Below, piece after piece: positions 63,905-64,000 of a stretch of 64,000 bases of DNA. Every line of letters starts with the position of its first letter. Position 1 is the stretch's first letter. This DNA is from Lentimicrobiaceae bacterium (lineage in GTDB: Bacteria > Bacteroidota > Bacteroidia > Bacteroidales > UBA4417). Both the position numbers and the translations under genes were made by a program. Location of the stretch: positions 2,035 to 66,034 of the forward strand of contig JBAZWY010000022.1 of NCBI GenBank assembly GCA_041660125.1. Direction: 5' to 3'. The notes under the pieces are model-generated. The model was not told the origin of the DNA. It made no database searches and worked only from the letters and a program-made list of their open reading frames with translations.

Positions 63905-64000
63905 ATGAAAAAATCACTACTAACTAATCTTTTCCTGCAAAGGAAAAAAAATTTTTACGTGCTTATGAAACTGAAAGTAATTATCCTATTGGTTTCTGCA
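63905..64000 (+). CDS. N-terminus of a probable SusC-type TonB-dependent receptor coupled to the ECF/FecR pair (partial)
   Basis: The ATG at 63905 opens a frame (MKKSLLTNLFLQRKKNFYVLMKLKVIILLVSA) that runs to the window edge. The call rests on the canonical sigma/anti-sigma/SusC gene order and only 32 codons, so it is tentative. Confidence 0.5.
   Translation, partial: MKKSLLTNLFLQRKKNFYVLMKLKVIILLVSA

Overview
This is a Bacteroidota-type chromosomal window, shown by SusC/SusD pairs, Cys-lipoprotein signal peptides, TAnnTTTG -7 boxes and an ECF-sigma/FecR pair. It has four parts.

(1) 1-12.9 kb is a minus-strand amino-sugar PUL. It holds SusD (partial), SusC, a XylR-like hybrid regulator, an MFS permease, a GH2 enzyme, a ROK kinase and a GH20 hexosaminidase. 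A 38-bp direct-repeat operator occurs three times, each at a fixed distance from a -7 box.

(2) 13-41 kb is mostly housekeeping: tdk, two cyclophilins, pheS, pyk, a CDF transporter, rnc-fabF-acpP, purN, ptb-buk, an M64 peptidase, a desaturase, dnaG and a CitMHS transporter. Accessory pieces are interspersed:
- a HEPN-MNT toxin-antitoxin pair next to a decayed Rhs-core remnant
- a transglutaminase-like pair (DUF3857 type) followed by an ORF6N gene
- an SPFH gene broken by one in-frame TAA

(3) 41.6-58.5 kb is a 10-gene, tightly packed minus-strand operon. In transcription order it encodes ribokinase, SusC, SusD, three exported ADP-ribosylglycohydrolase-fold proteins, two esterase/pseudo-esterase fusion proteins, a GRP-type sugar permease and a FISUMP-domain protein. 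It contains no canonical glycoside hydrolase and no recognisable regulator. I consider this the most interesting candidate system: a rus-like ribose PUL whose glycan-cleaving enzymes are ARH-fold.

(4) 58.5-64 kb contains an orphan 514-aa helical protein, a 640-bp ORF-free spacer, a TlpA-like oxidoreductase, and the start of a third PUL (ECF sigma, FecR anti-sigma, SusC).

Many intergenic spacers carry an unusual family of short doubled words that often form long hairpins. All protein family calls come from motif recognition by eye, and no database search was run.
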